From a virus: DNA of 64,000 nt. Positions within the stretch are counted from its first letter, which is position 1. Each line of letters begins with the position of its first letter. The position numbers and the translations under genes are program-made. The notes below the pieces were generated by a model. That model had not been told where the DNA came from and made no database searches. It saw nothing but the letters and a program-made list of their open reading frames with translations. Positions 16,928 to 26,985 of the stretch are shown piece after piece. The stretch lies in IMG/VR virus record IMGVR_UViG_3300027710_000027. The stretch is one strand, 5' to 3'.

Positions 16928-17491
16928 ATGAAGTCCCCATTTTACTTTATAGTGCAACCCCGTGATGGCAAGAGATATGACAACACGAGGGGAGAGCTCA
17001 TTATTTCTACATCGAAAGAAGACCACCTTGCCACTATGCGTGAGGCTGTTGTTATCTCTACGCCTATTGGATACGAGGGTCCTGTTGAACCAGGCGATAC
17101 GATTATTGTGCATCACAATACTTTTAGGTTGTATTACGATATGCGTGGTAGAGAGAAGTCTGCTTGGAATTACTTCCGAGAGGACTTGTACTTTATTGAT
17201 GATCCGTATGCATACAAGAAACCTGGTGCAGATTGGATTGGTATTGGTCGCTACGTGTTTATTTCTCCTGTGGAGAATGACTACACAGGCATACTTACTG
17301 CGGACGCAGAGAAGCCTCTTGTAGGCACGATAAAGTACCCGAATGAAGAAGCACTAGCATTAGGATTAAAAGAGGGTGACACGGTCACGTTTGAGCCTGA
17401 GAGCGAGTATCCATTCTATATTGATGGTCAGAAAGTGTACCGTATGTATACTAAGAATCTAACAATTAAATTAGATGAACAAAATAACTGA
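16928..17491 (+). CDS. Tandem double GroES-like protein
   Basis: Two Cpn10-like units: FIVQP...GELIIS...AVVISTP...VEPGDTIIVHHN and VFISP...GTIKYP...LKEGDTVTF...IDGQKVYRM. Confidence 0.65.
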   Translation: MKSPFYFIVQPRDGKRYDNTRGELIISTSKEDHLATMREAVVISTPIGYEGPVEPGDTIIVHHNTFRLYYDMRGREKSAWNYFREDLYFIDDPYAYKKPGADWIGIGRYVFISPVENDYTGILTADAEKPLVGTIKYPNEEALALGLKEGDTVTFEPESEYPFYIDGQKVYRMYTKNLTIKLDEQNN

Positions 17492-17756
17492 GTTAAAGAA
17501 ACGCATCATTGACTCTGGGTATAAAGCCGTTGAGGAGTTAATCAAGGTTGCTGAGGAAAAGATTGTCACCCACATGGATGATGACTTGTCTGCAGACAAA
17601 CTTAAGAATGCAGCGGCAGCAAAGAAATTGGCTATCATGGACGCTTTTGAGATTCTTAAAAGAGTCGAGGAGGAGAATAATATTATCGAGGGAGTAGTTG
17701 GTAACTCTGCACCTACCAACCGTGGGTTCGCAGAACAAAGAGCAAAGACTAAATAA
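17475..17756 (+). CDS. Helical protein, possible terminase small subunit
   Basis: 93 aa helical protein upstream of TerL; position-based only. Confidence 0.4.
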   Translation: MNKITELKKRIIDSGYKAVEELIKVAEEKIVTHMDDDLSADKLKNAAAAKKLAIMDAFEILKRVEEENNIIEGVVGNSAPTNRGFAEQRAKTK

Positions 17757-18217
17757 TGGTAATAGACAATTTTTTGCCGAACCCCGATCAACACTTACAA
17801 GATGTTTTAAGTGGTGAATTCTATGATGTGCCAGATGGAGACAAAGTGTTTAAAGGAATACAGCCTAGAGATGGAGATGAGTTTGCCCAGTTATTATTAA
17901 ATATGCACCCTGATTATGAGATTGCTCATAACTTTATTCGTATATCTCCTGAGGGGCAAGTAGAACCAAACTTTATTCATACAGATGAAATGATGGGCGA
18001 CTTGACTGCTATATTATATCTAACAAAGAATCCACCTGAAGAAGATGGTACTACTTTGTATGACGAATGTTACAATAAAATATTGATTACCAACGCCAAG
18101 TTTAATAGGTTGTTTGTATTTGATTCTATAATTCCACATTCTAGGAATATCTATAATAATTATGGACAAGGAGAAGATTCTAGAATTGTTCAAGTTGCAT
18201 TCTTAAAAAAGATATGA
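17756..18217 (+). CDS. 2OG-Fe(II) oxygenase superfamily protein
   Basis: FIHTD (HxD), GTTLY, FNRLFVFDSIIPHSR (distal His), RIVQVAF (Arg). Confidence 0.82.
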   Translation: MVIDNFLPNPDQHLQDVLSGEFYDVPDGDKVFKGIQPRDGDEFAQLLLNMHPDYEIAHNFIRISPEGQVEPNFIHTDEMMGDLTAILYLTKNPPEEDGTTLYDECYNKILITNAKFNRLFVFDSIIPHSRNIYNNYGQGEDSRIVQVAFLKKI

Positions 18218-20427
18218 GTTTATTTTACATTGATGAGTCTACCGTTCCTGATAAGATTCTTGCAAAAAGAAATGCAAAGAAAGATTGGGAGTATGGTTGG
18301 GACCCTGAGTACGACTTTGTGGTCGTGTCAAAAGATGGCACGATTGGAGAGGTCTACAATATCAGTGGCCTAAGAGTTGCTCTACCATTGGCTCCCGACA
18401 AGGTTGACTACGATGGTAACAAGTGGAAAGCCACAGAGCTACCTAAAGAGCTATCTCGCATCAAGACCATCTTTGATTGGAACCGTCGTGACAATTCATT
18501 TAAGTCTCAATGGGTAGACTACATCGAGAAAGAGTTTGACAGACGTGAGCTAGGCTATTGGTTTATTAATAATGGCGATAAGACTTATATCACAGGTGCA
18601 CATTATATGTACTTGCAATGGTCAAAGACTGACGTAGGTCATCCTGACTTCCGTGAATCAAACAGAATATTCTTTATATTTTGGGAAGCGTGTAAGGCTG
18701 ACAGCAGATGCTTTGGCATGTGCTACCTTAAGAACCGTCGTTCAGGTTTCTCATTTATGGCTTCATCAGAAGCTGTCAACATCGCAACCTTAGCTAAGGA
18801 TGCTCGTATAGGTTTGACATCTAAGACGGGGCCCGATGCTAAGAAGATGTTTACCGATAAGGTAGTTCCGATTGCAAATAACTATCCATTCTTTTTCCAA
18901 CCCGTGCGTGATGGTATGTCTGCACCAAAAACAGAACTTGCATTCCGTGTCCCAGCTTCTAAGATTACTCGTAAGAATATGCACGAGGAGAACGAGGAAG
19001 AGATTGACGGATTGGATACAACTATTGACTGGCGTAACACAGCGGACAACAGTTATGATGGAGAAAAATTGTTATATTTGGTTGAGGATGAGGCTGCTAA
19101 GTTAGAGCGTCCTATGAACATAGAGAACGGTTGGCGTGTTAGAAAAACTTGTCTTCGTTTAGGTGCCAGGATTATTGGCAAGTGTATGATGGGTTCAACA
19201 TCAAACGCACTCGACAAAGGTGGAGAAAACTATAAACGGATTTACTATGACTCAAACGTCAAGAAAAGAAACCAGAATGGTCAGACTATTTCAGGTCTGT
19301 ATTCGCTCTTTATCCCGATGGAGTATAACTTTGAGGGATATATTGACGAGTATGGTCACGCAGTCTTAGAAAGACCTGAGAAGCCTGTACGTTCGGCAGA
19401 GGGGACTTGGATAACGCAAGGGGTAATTGAGTATTGGAATAATGAAGTTGCATCGCTAAAGGCTAATCCTGATGCACTAAATGAATTCTATCGTCAGTTT
19501 CCTAGAACAGAGTCACACGCTTTCCGTGATGAGACCAAGTCATCTTTATTTAACTTGACTAAAATTTATCAGCAGATAGACTACAATGACAGCTTAGTTC
19601 AAGACCACGTAATAACACGTGGCTACTTTCACTGGGCTAACGGAGAGAAAGACACCAAAGTTATTTGGACTCCTGATAAAAACGGTAGGTTCTTAGTATC
19701 TTGGATACCAGGGCCGGGCGTAAACAATAATTATATTACTAAAAATGGGAATAGATATCCGGGCAATGAGCATATTGGTGCGTTTGGTTGTGACCCCTAC
19801 GACATCTCAGGTGCGACCTTTGGTGGATCAAACGGTTCGCTTCACGGATTGACCAAGTTTAATATGACAGGAGCCCCATCCAATACTTTCTTTTTAGAAT
19901 ACATTGCTCGTCCACAGACAGCAGAAATATTCTTTGAAGAGGTCCTAATGGCTTGTGTGTTCTATGGTATGCCTATCCTTTGCGAGAATAACAAGGCTAG
20001 ACTTTTATATCATTTTAAGAATAGAGGCTACCGTGGGTTCTCAATGAACAGGCCCGATAAGCATGTACACAAACTATCTTTCACGGAAAGAGAGATTGGT
20101 GGTATACCGTCATCAAGTGAAGACATTAAGCAAGCACATGCAACTGGAATCGAGACATACATCGAACGTAATATAGGATTAGACATGGAGGGTAACTACC
20201 GTCAGCCTGATGAAATAGGAAATATGCCGTTTAATAGAACACTTCAAGACTGGGCTAAATTCGACATAAACGACAGAACAAAGTATGATGCGTCAATTAG
20301 TTCGGGATATGCTATTATGGCAAATCAAAAGCACGTATATTTGCCTGAGAAAAAAGAGTCAAAAATAAGCATTAAATTTGCAACTTACGATAACACTGGT
20401 TCCTTCAGTAGAATTAACAAGATATGA
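18214..20427 (+). CDS. terL: Terminase large subunit
   Basis: YLKNRRSGFS Walker A-like, VEDEAAK Walker B, MGST, FGCDPYD RNase H-like nuclease. Confidence 0.92.
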   Translation: MSLFYIDESTVPDKILAKRNAKKDWEYGWDPEYDFVVVSKDGTIGEVYNISGLRVALPLAPDKVDYDGNKWKATELPKELSRIKTIFDWNRRDNSFKSQWVDYIEKEFDRRELGYWFINNGDKTYITGAHYMYLQWSKTDVGHPDFRESNRIFFIFWEACKADSRCFGMCYLKNRRSGFSFMASSEAVNIATLAKDARIGLTSKTGPDAKKMFTDKVVPIANNYPFFFQPVRDGMSAPKTELAFRVPASKITRKNMHEENEEEIDGLDTTIDWRNTADNSYDGEKLLYLVEDEAAKLERPMNIENGWRVRKTCLRLGARIIGKCMMGSTSNALDKGGENYKRIYYDSNVKKRNQNGQTISGLYSLFIPMEYNFEGYIDEYGHAVLERPEKPVRSAEGTWITQGVIEYWNNEVASLKANPDALNEFYRQFPRTESHAFRDETKSSLFNLTKIYQQIDYNDSLVQDHVITRGYFHWANGEKDTKVIWTPDKNGRFLVSWIPGPGVNNNYITKNGNRYPGNEHIGAFGCDPYDISGATFGGSNGSLHGLTKFNMTGAPSNTFFLEYIARPQTAEIFFEEVLMACVFYGMPILCENNKARLLYHFKNRGYRGFSMNRPDKHVHKLSFTEREIGGIPSSSEDIKQAHATGIETYIERNIGLDMEGNYRQPDEIGNMPFNRTLQDWAKFDINDRTKYDASISSGYAIMANQKHVYLPEKKESKISIKFATYDNTGSFSRINKI

Positions 20428-22856
20428 ACAAACCTCTTGGAATATTAATGCCAGATACCCAATTCCCCTCACAGTTAGCAACTGATCAGGAAAAGGCATC
20501 TTGGGAATATGGCTTAAGAATTGGGCAAAGCATTTCATACGAATGGTTTGCAAAGACAGGCAATAGTTGCCGATATTATTCACAATGGATTGATTTCCAT
20601 CGCATTAGATTATATGCTAGAGGCGAACAACCGGTAGCTAAATATAAGAGCCAATTAGAAGTTGATGGCGATATGTCGCACATTAACCTTGATTGGACTC
20701 CAGTTCCAATTATCCCTAAGTTTGTTGACATTGTTGTTAATGGCATGCACGATCGCTTATTTGAGGTTAAAGCATATGCGCAAGACGCAATGTCAATGGA
20801 CAATCGATTTGGATTTCAACAGATGGTTGAGAGGGATATGATTGCAAAAGATGTTTTAAAAATAGGTAAAGAACAGTTAGGTGTTGATGCTTATAATATT
20901 CCTGAGCAAGACATCCCTGAGAATGAACAAGAGTTATCTTTATATATGCAGCTTAAGTATAAGCCTGCTATTGAGATTGCTGAAGAAGAGGCAATCAATA
21001 CTATCTTAGACTTAAATCATTACCAAGACGTTCGTAAAAGGGTCGACTACGACATCACAACAATTGGCATAGGAGTAGTAAAGCACTCATTTGTTCCAGG
21101 AACCGGAGTTCGTGTGGAGTATGTTGACCCCGCTAACATTGTATATAGTTACACAGAGTCCCCAACATTTGACGATTGTTTCTATTGGGGAGAAGTAAAG
21201 CAAGTACCAATCACAGAACTAATTAAGATTAAGCCAGACATTACAAAAGAGGAGTTGGCAGAGATTCAGCAATTAGGAACTGCGTGGTACAATTATTATG
21301 GGATTATGCGTCCTTACCGTAGCGACATCTTTAATAGGGATGTGGTTACATTATTATATTTTAACTACAAAACAGATAAGACATTTGTTTACAAGAAGAA
21401 ATATCTTGAGAACAATGGAGTTCGTGTAATCCAAAAAAATGAGAACTTTAATCCTCCGGAAGGAACTGAAGAAAGGTTTGAGAGAATTGAGAAGAGAATT
21501 GACGTATGGTACGAAGGTATTATGGTACCTGGATCTCCTTATTTACTTAAGTGGGAGCTTGCTCGCAATATGGTTCGCCCTAAATCTGCTTCTCAGTATG
21601 CATTACCACAATATATAGCTGTAGCACCAAGAATGTACAAAGGAATTGTTGAGTCACTGACTCGTCGTATGATTCCTTTTGCTGACTTAATTCAAATGAC
21701 CCATCTTAAATTACAACAAGTTCTTCAACGTGTTGTACCAGATGGTGTGTTCATTGATGCTGATGGTATTAATGAGGTTGACTTAGGTACAGGTGGTGCT
21801 TACAACCCAGAAGATGCTCTTCGTTTGTATTTCCAAACGGGTAGTGTTATTGGACGTAGCATGACAACTGATGGTGACTTAAACCATGGCCGTGTTCCAA
21901 TTCAAGAACTCAATACTAATAGTGGCCAAGGTAAGATTACTGCATTGATTAATGCATACAATCAGTACCTTAGCATGATCCGTGATGTAACAGGATTGAA
22001 CGAAGCACGTGATGCTTCTACTCCAAACCCTGATGCATTAGTAGGTGTTCAAAAGCTTGCAGCACTTAATTCAAATACTGCAACTCGTCACATCTTAGAG
22101 GGAAGTTTATTTATTACTCGCAGGCTATCGGAGGCGTTGTCTCTTCGTGTTGCGGATATATTAGAATACTCTGATTTCAAAGAAGAGTTTACAATGCAAA
22201 TTGGTAAATACAATGTTGCTATTTTAGAAGAAATTAAAGACTTGTACTTACATGACTTTGGTATATTTATTGAGGTTGCTCCTGACGAAGAAGAAAGAGG
22301 TCAACTAGAAGCGAATATTCAGATGGCTTTACAACGTGATCAAATCACGCTTGAGGACGCTATTGATATCCGTCAAATGAAGAATATTAAAATTGCCAAC
22401 GAATTGCTAAAACTTAAACGTAAGAATAAGCAGAAGCAAGATATGGATAATGAGCAAGCAAAAATCCAAATGCAAACTCAGGGTAATATCCAATCTTCTC
22501 AAGCGGCCGCTCAATTTAAGTTACAAGCTATTCAAGCTGAGGCGCAAGCTAAAGCTATGATTGCTCAAAACCAAATGCAGTTGGATGTACAAAGAATGCA
22601 AGCTGAAGCTCAGATTAAAGAGCAATTAATGTCGGTTGAATTCAATTACAACATGCAACTAAAAGGTATGGAGGTTGAGAAGATTAAGCAACTAGATATG
22701 GACAAAGAGAAAGCTAAGGATGATCGCACAAAACTCCAAGCTACTCAGCAATCAAAGTTAATTGAGCAACGTCAAAAAGACCTACCTGCAATGAACTTTG
22801 AGTCTCAAGAAGATTCGTTAGACGGCTTCAGTTTAGAGGAGTTTAACCCAAGATAA
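20424..22856 (+). CDS. Portal protein
   Basis: 810 aa directly after TerL; WTPVPIIPKFVDIVVNG, IRDVTGLNEARD, Gln-rich barrel coiled coil. Confidence 0.88.
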   Translation: MNKPLGILMPDTQFPSQLATDQEKASWEYGLRIGQSISYEWFAKTGNSCRYYSQWIDFHRIRLYARGEQPVAKYKSQLEVDGDMSHINLDWTPVPIIPKFVDIVVNGMHDRLFEVKAYAQDAMSMDNRFGFQQMVERDMIAKDVLKIGKEQLGVDAYNIPEQDIPENEQELSLYMQLKYKPAIEIAEEEAINTILDLNHYQDVRKRVDYDITTIGIGVVKHSFVPGTGVRVEYVDPANIVYSYTESPTFDDCFYWGEVKQVPITELIKIKPDITKEELAEIQQLGTAWYNYYGIMRPYRSDIFNRDVVTLLYFNYKTDKTFVYKKKYLENNGVRVIQKNENFNPPEGTEERFERIEKRIDVWYEGIMVPGSPYLLKWELARNMVRPKSASQYALPQYIAVAPRMYKGIVESLTRRMIPFADLIQMTHLKLQQVLQRVVPDGVFIDADGINEVDLGTGGAYNPEDALRLYFQTGSVIGRSMTTDGDLNHGRVPIQELNTNSGQGKITALINAYNQYLSMIRDVTGLNEARDASTPNPDALVGVQKLAALNSNTATRHILEGSLFITRRLSEALSLRVADILEYSDFKEEFTMQIGKYNVAILEEIKDLYLHDFGIFIEVAPDEEERGQLEANIQMALQRDQITLEDAIDIRQMKNIKIANELLKLKRKNKQKQDMDNEQAKIQMQTQGNIQSSQAAAQFKLQAIQAEAQAKAMIAQNQMQLDVQRMQAEAQIKEQLMSVEFNYNMQLKGMEVEKIKQLDMDKEKAKDDRTKLQATQQSKLIEQRQKDLPAMNFESQEDSLDGFSLEEFNPR

Positions 22857-22893
22857 ATTTTATTACTACTTTTGTGCAACTAAATTAAATCAA

Positions 22894-24000
22894 ATGGATA
22901 ATATTCAAGTAAAACTAGTGGACTTCGAAGAGAAGTCTGTAGCAGAGGTTGAGCAACAATTGCTTGACGAACACGCTGAAAAGACCGCTCCTATAGAGGA
23001 GATGGCCGCAGAGTTAAATGCAACTACCGAGGCAACTCAGGAAGTTATTGAAAGTCAGCCACAATTTGGCGACAACGACGTTCTTTCATATTTAAAAACC
23101 AAATTCAACAAGGAGGTAACCTCTTTGGATGAATTGTTTACAGAAAAGCCACAGCCTCAACAGGAGTTACTACCTGAAGATGTTAATGCTTTCTTAAAAT
23201 TTAAGAAAGAGACAGGGCGTGGTTTAGAAGACTTTTACCGTGTTAACCAAGATTTTTCTAAGGTTACACCAGAAAGACTTCTAGCTGATTATATGCGTGA
23301 GACTAATCCTGATTTTGATGATGAGGATATCGCATTCGAGTACGAATCAAGATTTAGCTATGATGAAGATGAGGATGATGAGAAAGAAATCAAACGCAAA
23401 AAATTAGCACTTAAAAAAGAACTTGGCAAGGCGTCAAAGTACTTTGAAGAACAAAAGGAAAAATACAAAGCTCCCCTTGAGTCGAGGATGGAGTCTACTA
23501 TTCCTGATGAGGACAGAGAGGCTTTGGAATCTTACAAGCAATATATCAGCTCTTCTTCTGCTATGCAGCAGGAGCAGGCTAAAAAATCGGAGTACTTTAT
23601 TAATAAGACAAACGATTTATTCTCTGATGAATTCAAAGGTTTTGATTTCAAGATTGGAGATAAAGAGATTTCTTATAAACCGGGGACTCCAGAGCAGCTG
23701 AAAGCTCAACAAACAGACATTTCTAAATTCTTTAACAATTTTGTTAATGAAGATGGATACATTAAGGATGCTAAACAGTATCACAAAACAATTGCTGCGG
23801 CAATGAACCCAGATGCAATGGCTAAATTTTTCTATGATATGGGAAAAGCCGATGCAATCGATGACAGTGCTCGACAAAGTAAAAACATTGATATGAGTAT
23901 TAGAAATGCTCCGCAAAACATCGAGAAAGGTGGATTTAAAGTAACAGCAATGGATAGTGATCACGGTAACAGACTTAAGATTAAATCATTTAAAAACTAA
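22894..24000 (+). CDS. Capsid scaffolding protein
   Basis: Acidic coiled coil between portal and capsid; TACTTTTG promoter at 22867-22874. Confidence 0.7.
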   Translation: MDNIQVKLVDFEEKSVAEVEQQLLDEHAEKTAPIEEMAAELNATTEATQEVIESQPQFGDNDVLSYLKTKFNKEVTSLDELFTEKPQPQQELLPEDVNAFLKFKKETGRGLEDFYRVNQDFSKVTPERLLADYMRETNPDFDDEDIAFEYESRFSYDEDEDDEKEIKRKKLALKKELGKASKYFEEQKEKYKAPLESRMESTIPDEDREALESYKQYISSSSAMQQEQAKKSEYFINKTNDLFSDEFKGFDFKIGDKEISYKPGTPEQLKAQQTDISKFFNNFVNEDGYIKDAKQYHKTIAAAMNPDAMAKFFYDMGKADAIDDSARQSKNIDMSIRNAPQNIEKGGFKVTAMDSDHGNRLKIKSFKN

Positions 24001-24018
24001 AAACTAAACAACAAACAA

Positions 24019-25434
24019 ATGGCTGGATCAGTTCAAGCTACCCCGGGCTTTCAATTAGAGCCCTCAGCGGTAAAGGCAACATTGCCTACAAACTACATTA
24101 CTAACTTCGACTTCTTAAACCAGTATCTACCTGATACTTACGAGGCTGAATTCGAGCGTTATGGTAATCGTTCTATTGCATCTTTCTTACGTATGGTAGG
24201 TGCAGAATTACCTTCTAACTCTGACTTAATCAAATGGGCAGAGCAAGGTCGTTTACACACTAAGTATGTAAACTGTACTTCAGCAGCTGCTGCAGGACAA
24301 GATACAGCTGTGTGGACTGTTGAAGATGCAGATGTAACTGTTAACTTCCGTGTTAACCAAACTGTATTCTTATCTGCAAACGCTGGTTCAGCTTCTGACA
24401 AAGCGGTTATTACTGCAGTAGATACAGCTGCTAACACTTTCACTGTGGCTTACTATGCTGCTTCAGGACAATCAATCGCTGTAGATACTGCTTCTACTGC
24501 TTTCGTTTACGGTTCTGAATTCACTAAGGGTTCATTAGGAATGGAAGGTTCTTTAGAGTCTCAAGACTTATTCTTCGAGAACAAGCCAATCATCATCAAA
24601 GACAAGTACAGTGTGTCTGGTTCTGATATGGCTCAAATCGGATGGGTTGAAGTAACTTCTGAGAATGGTGCTACTGGTTACTTATGGTACATCAAATCTG
24701 AGCACGAGACTCGTTTACGTTTCGAAGATTACTTAGAGATGTCAATGGTTGAAGGTGTTCCTGCAGAAGCTGGTTCAGCTGCTGCTACTTACTTAACTGT
24801 TGCTTCTTCTCAAGTACAACCTGGTGCTGCTGGTACTCAAGGTTTATTCAATGCAGTTGCAGAGCGTGGAAACGTTTGGGCAGGTGGTAACCCAACTACT
24901 TTGTCTGACTTCGATTCTATCATCCAACGTCTTGACAAGCAAGGAGCAATCCAAGAGAACGTTATCTTCTTAAACCGTAAGTTTGGTTTCGATATCGACG
25001 ATATGTTGGCATCTCAAAACTCTTATGGTTCAGGTGGTACTTCTTACGGTTTGTTCGATAACAGCGAGCAAATGGCGTTAAACTTAGGTTTCACAGGCTT
25101 TAAGCGTGGATACGATTTCTACAAGACTGACTGGAAATACTTAAACGATGCAACTACTCGTGGTGGAATCGTAGGTGGAGCTATTAACGGTATCTTGGTA
25201 CCTGCAGGTTCTACTAACGTATACGATCAAATCTTAGGAAAGAATGCAAAGCGTCCGTTCTTACACGTACGTTACCGTGCTTCTGAAACTGAAGATCGTC
25301 GTTACAAAACTTGGATCACTGGTTCTGCTGGTGGTGCTCAAACAAGTTCTTTAGATGCAATGGAGGTTAACTTCTTATCTGAGCGTGCTTTATGTACTCT
25401 TGGTGCGAACAACTTCTTCTTGTTCGAGAACTAG
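24019..25434 (+). CDS. Major capsid protein
   Basis: 471 aa, strong codon bias, position after scaffold, followed by a terminator; KWAEQGRLH, FYKTDWKYLND. Confidence 0.85.
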   Translation: MAGSVQATPGFQLEPSAVKATLPTNYITNFDFLNQYLPDTYEAEFERYGNRSIASFLRMVGAELPSNSDLIKWAEQGRLHTKYVNCTSAAAAGQDTAVWTVEDADVTVNFRVNQTVFLSANAGSASDKAVITAVDTAANTFTVAYYAASGQSIAVDTASTAFVYGSEFTKGSLGMEGSLESQDLFFENKPIIIKDKYSVSGSDMAQIGWVEVTSENGATGYLWYIKSEHETRLRFEDYLEMSMVEGVPAEAGSAAATYLTVASSQVQPGAAGTQGLFNAVAERGNVWAGGNPTTLSDFDSIIQRLDKQGAIQENVIFLNRKFGFDIDDMLASQNSYGSGGTSYGLFDNSEQMALNLGFTGFKRGYDFYKTDWKYLNDATTRGGIVGGAINGILVPAGSTNVYDQILGKNAKRPFLHVRYRASETEDRRYKTWITGSAGGAQTSSLDAMEVNFLSERALCTLGANNFFLFEN

Positions 25435-25443
25435 TAAACTTAG

Positions 25444-25470
25444 GGGGAGGCTTCGGTCTCCCCTTATTTA
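25444..25470 (+). terminator. Intrinsic terminator
   Basis: GGGGAGGC-TTCG-GTCTCCCC followed by a T-rich tract. Confidence 0.85.
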
Positions 25471-25499
25471 ATTTTGTTTAAATTTTAAAATCAAATATA

Positions 25500-26246
25500 A
25501 TGTCAACTCAGAAAGAATTAAAGGACAAGGTCTATGTCCTTAAAAGAAAAACATTCCCTATCAGCTTTATGCTTGCTAGTAGAAATACTAGAAACAAATC
25601 TTTATTGTACTTCGATACAACTAAAGGTCTTAACCGTGCATTGCGTTATGCAGTTAACCAAAAGTCTCCATTTGAAGACGAACAAGATGGTAACTTCATT
25701 TTAGAGCCAATCATCTTTGAAGATGGTTTATTAGCTGTTAATAAGTACAATCAAGTATTACAACAATTTTTAGAATTCCACCCAGACAATGGTGTGTTAT
25801 TCGAAGAGGTTGATACTCAAAGAGATGCAAACAATCAGATTGAAGTTATGTACTCTCAATTGGATGCACAACTTGCTGCACGTGATTTAGATATCAATAC
25901 TGCAGATGCATTAGGACGTGTGTTATTAGGTGCACGTGTTGATCGTTTAACTACAGAGGAATTAAGACGTGATTTAATTTTATATGCACGTAATCATCCT
26001 TATGATTTCATGAATATGTTAAATGATCCTGAGCTTAAGCTGAATGATATTGCAGCTAAAGCATTTCAAGATGGAACGTTTGTATTAAAGAATAAGAAAC
26101 GTGACATCTTCTTTAACCTGCCTGACAATAAAAACAAGTTAATGGGTGTCCCATTTGGAGAAGACCCAGTGAAACTACTTGTGTCTTGGCTACAAAGTAA
26201 TGATGGATTAGATATTTACGAGTTACTATCTAAAAAATATCGTTAA
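25500..26246 (+). CDS. Conserved hypothetical protein after the capsid gene (probably structural)
   Basis: 248 aa ORF flanked by terminators. Confidence 0.6.
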   Translation: MSTQKELKDKVYVLKRKTFPISFMLASRNTRNKSLLYFDTTKGLNRALRYAVNQKSPFEDEQDGNFILEPIIFEDGLLAVNKYNQVLQQFLEFHPDNGVLFEEVDTQRDANNQIEVMYSQLDAQLAARDLDINTADALGRVLLGARVDRLTTEELRRDLILYARNHPYDFMNMLNDPELKLNDIAAKAFQDGTFVLKNKKRDIFFNLPDNKNKLMGVPFGEDPVKLLVSWLQSNDGLDIYELLSKKYR

Positions 26247-26250
26247 ATTA

Positions 26251-26277
26251 AGAGGGCACATCTAGTGCCCTTTTTTT
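26251..26277 (+). terminator. Intrinsic terminator
   Basis: AGAGGGCAC-ATCTA-GTGCCCTTTTTTT. Confidence 0.85.
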
Positions 26278-26292
26278 ATTATCTTTGTCATT

Positions 26293-26985
26293 ATGATAAA
26301 TTCCGTACGAAATACTGTCCTAAATATTATCAATAAGGATAATAATGGGTTTATTACTCCAGAAGAATTCAACAGCTTTGCGAAGCAGGCTCAGTTAGAA
26401 TTGTTCATGCAATACTTCTTTGACTTTCAGCAGTCCAAAATAAAGGACATGAAGGGCATGGAAACTAGTGGATACTCAGATATCACTAAGCAAATAGACC
26501 AAACTATTGATTTCTTTTCTAAGAACACAGACTTGGTTTATAATAACACAGATGATAAATTTGACTTGCCTGAAAACTTTTTCTTATTAAACGTACTGTA
26601 CTATAATGGCAAAGAGGTTACTCACGTTAATCAAGAGAAGTTACATTATTTGCTTAATTCCAATTTAACGGCACCTACAGAAACATATCCTACATACGTT
26701 ATGCAGGGCAATCAAATAACTGTATACCCAACTACTATTACAGACGATATTAATATCTACTATGTTCGCTACCCAGCTGACCCTAAGTGGACTTATACGG
26801 TCGTAAACGGTAGTCCTTTATTTAACCAATCAGCAAATGACTACCAAGATTTTGAATTAGCTATATCTGATTTCCCTAAGTTGGTGGTTAAGATTTGCCA
26901 ATATGCAGGAGTAAGTATTAGAGAAGCTGATGTAGTTCAAGCAGCTAAAGCAGAAGAAACGTACACTGATCAAAAACAACAATAA
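26293..26985 (+). CDS. Head-tail adaptor / tail ring protein
   Basis: MINSV...VLNIINKDNNGFITPEEFNSFAKQAQ, YVRYPADPKW; TATCTTTG promoter at 26280-26287. Confidence 0.7.
   Translation: MINSVRNTVLNIINKDNNGFITPEEFNSFAKQAQLELFMQYFFDFQQSKIKDMKGMETSGYSDITKQIDQTIDFFSKNTDLVYNNTDDKFDLPENFFLLNVLYYNGKEVTHVNQEKLHYLLNSNLTAPTETYPTYVMQGNQITVYPTTITDDINIYYVRYPADPKWTYTVVNGSPLFNQSANDYQDFELAISDFPKLVVKICQYAGVSIREADVVQAAKAEETYTDQKQQ

Noticed and set aside
18214-20427. Intein or intron in TerL, RNR or helicase
   Set aside because: Lengths are normal, no C/S...HN splice motifs and no interrupted frames
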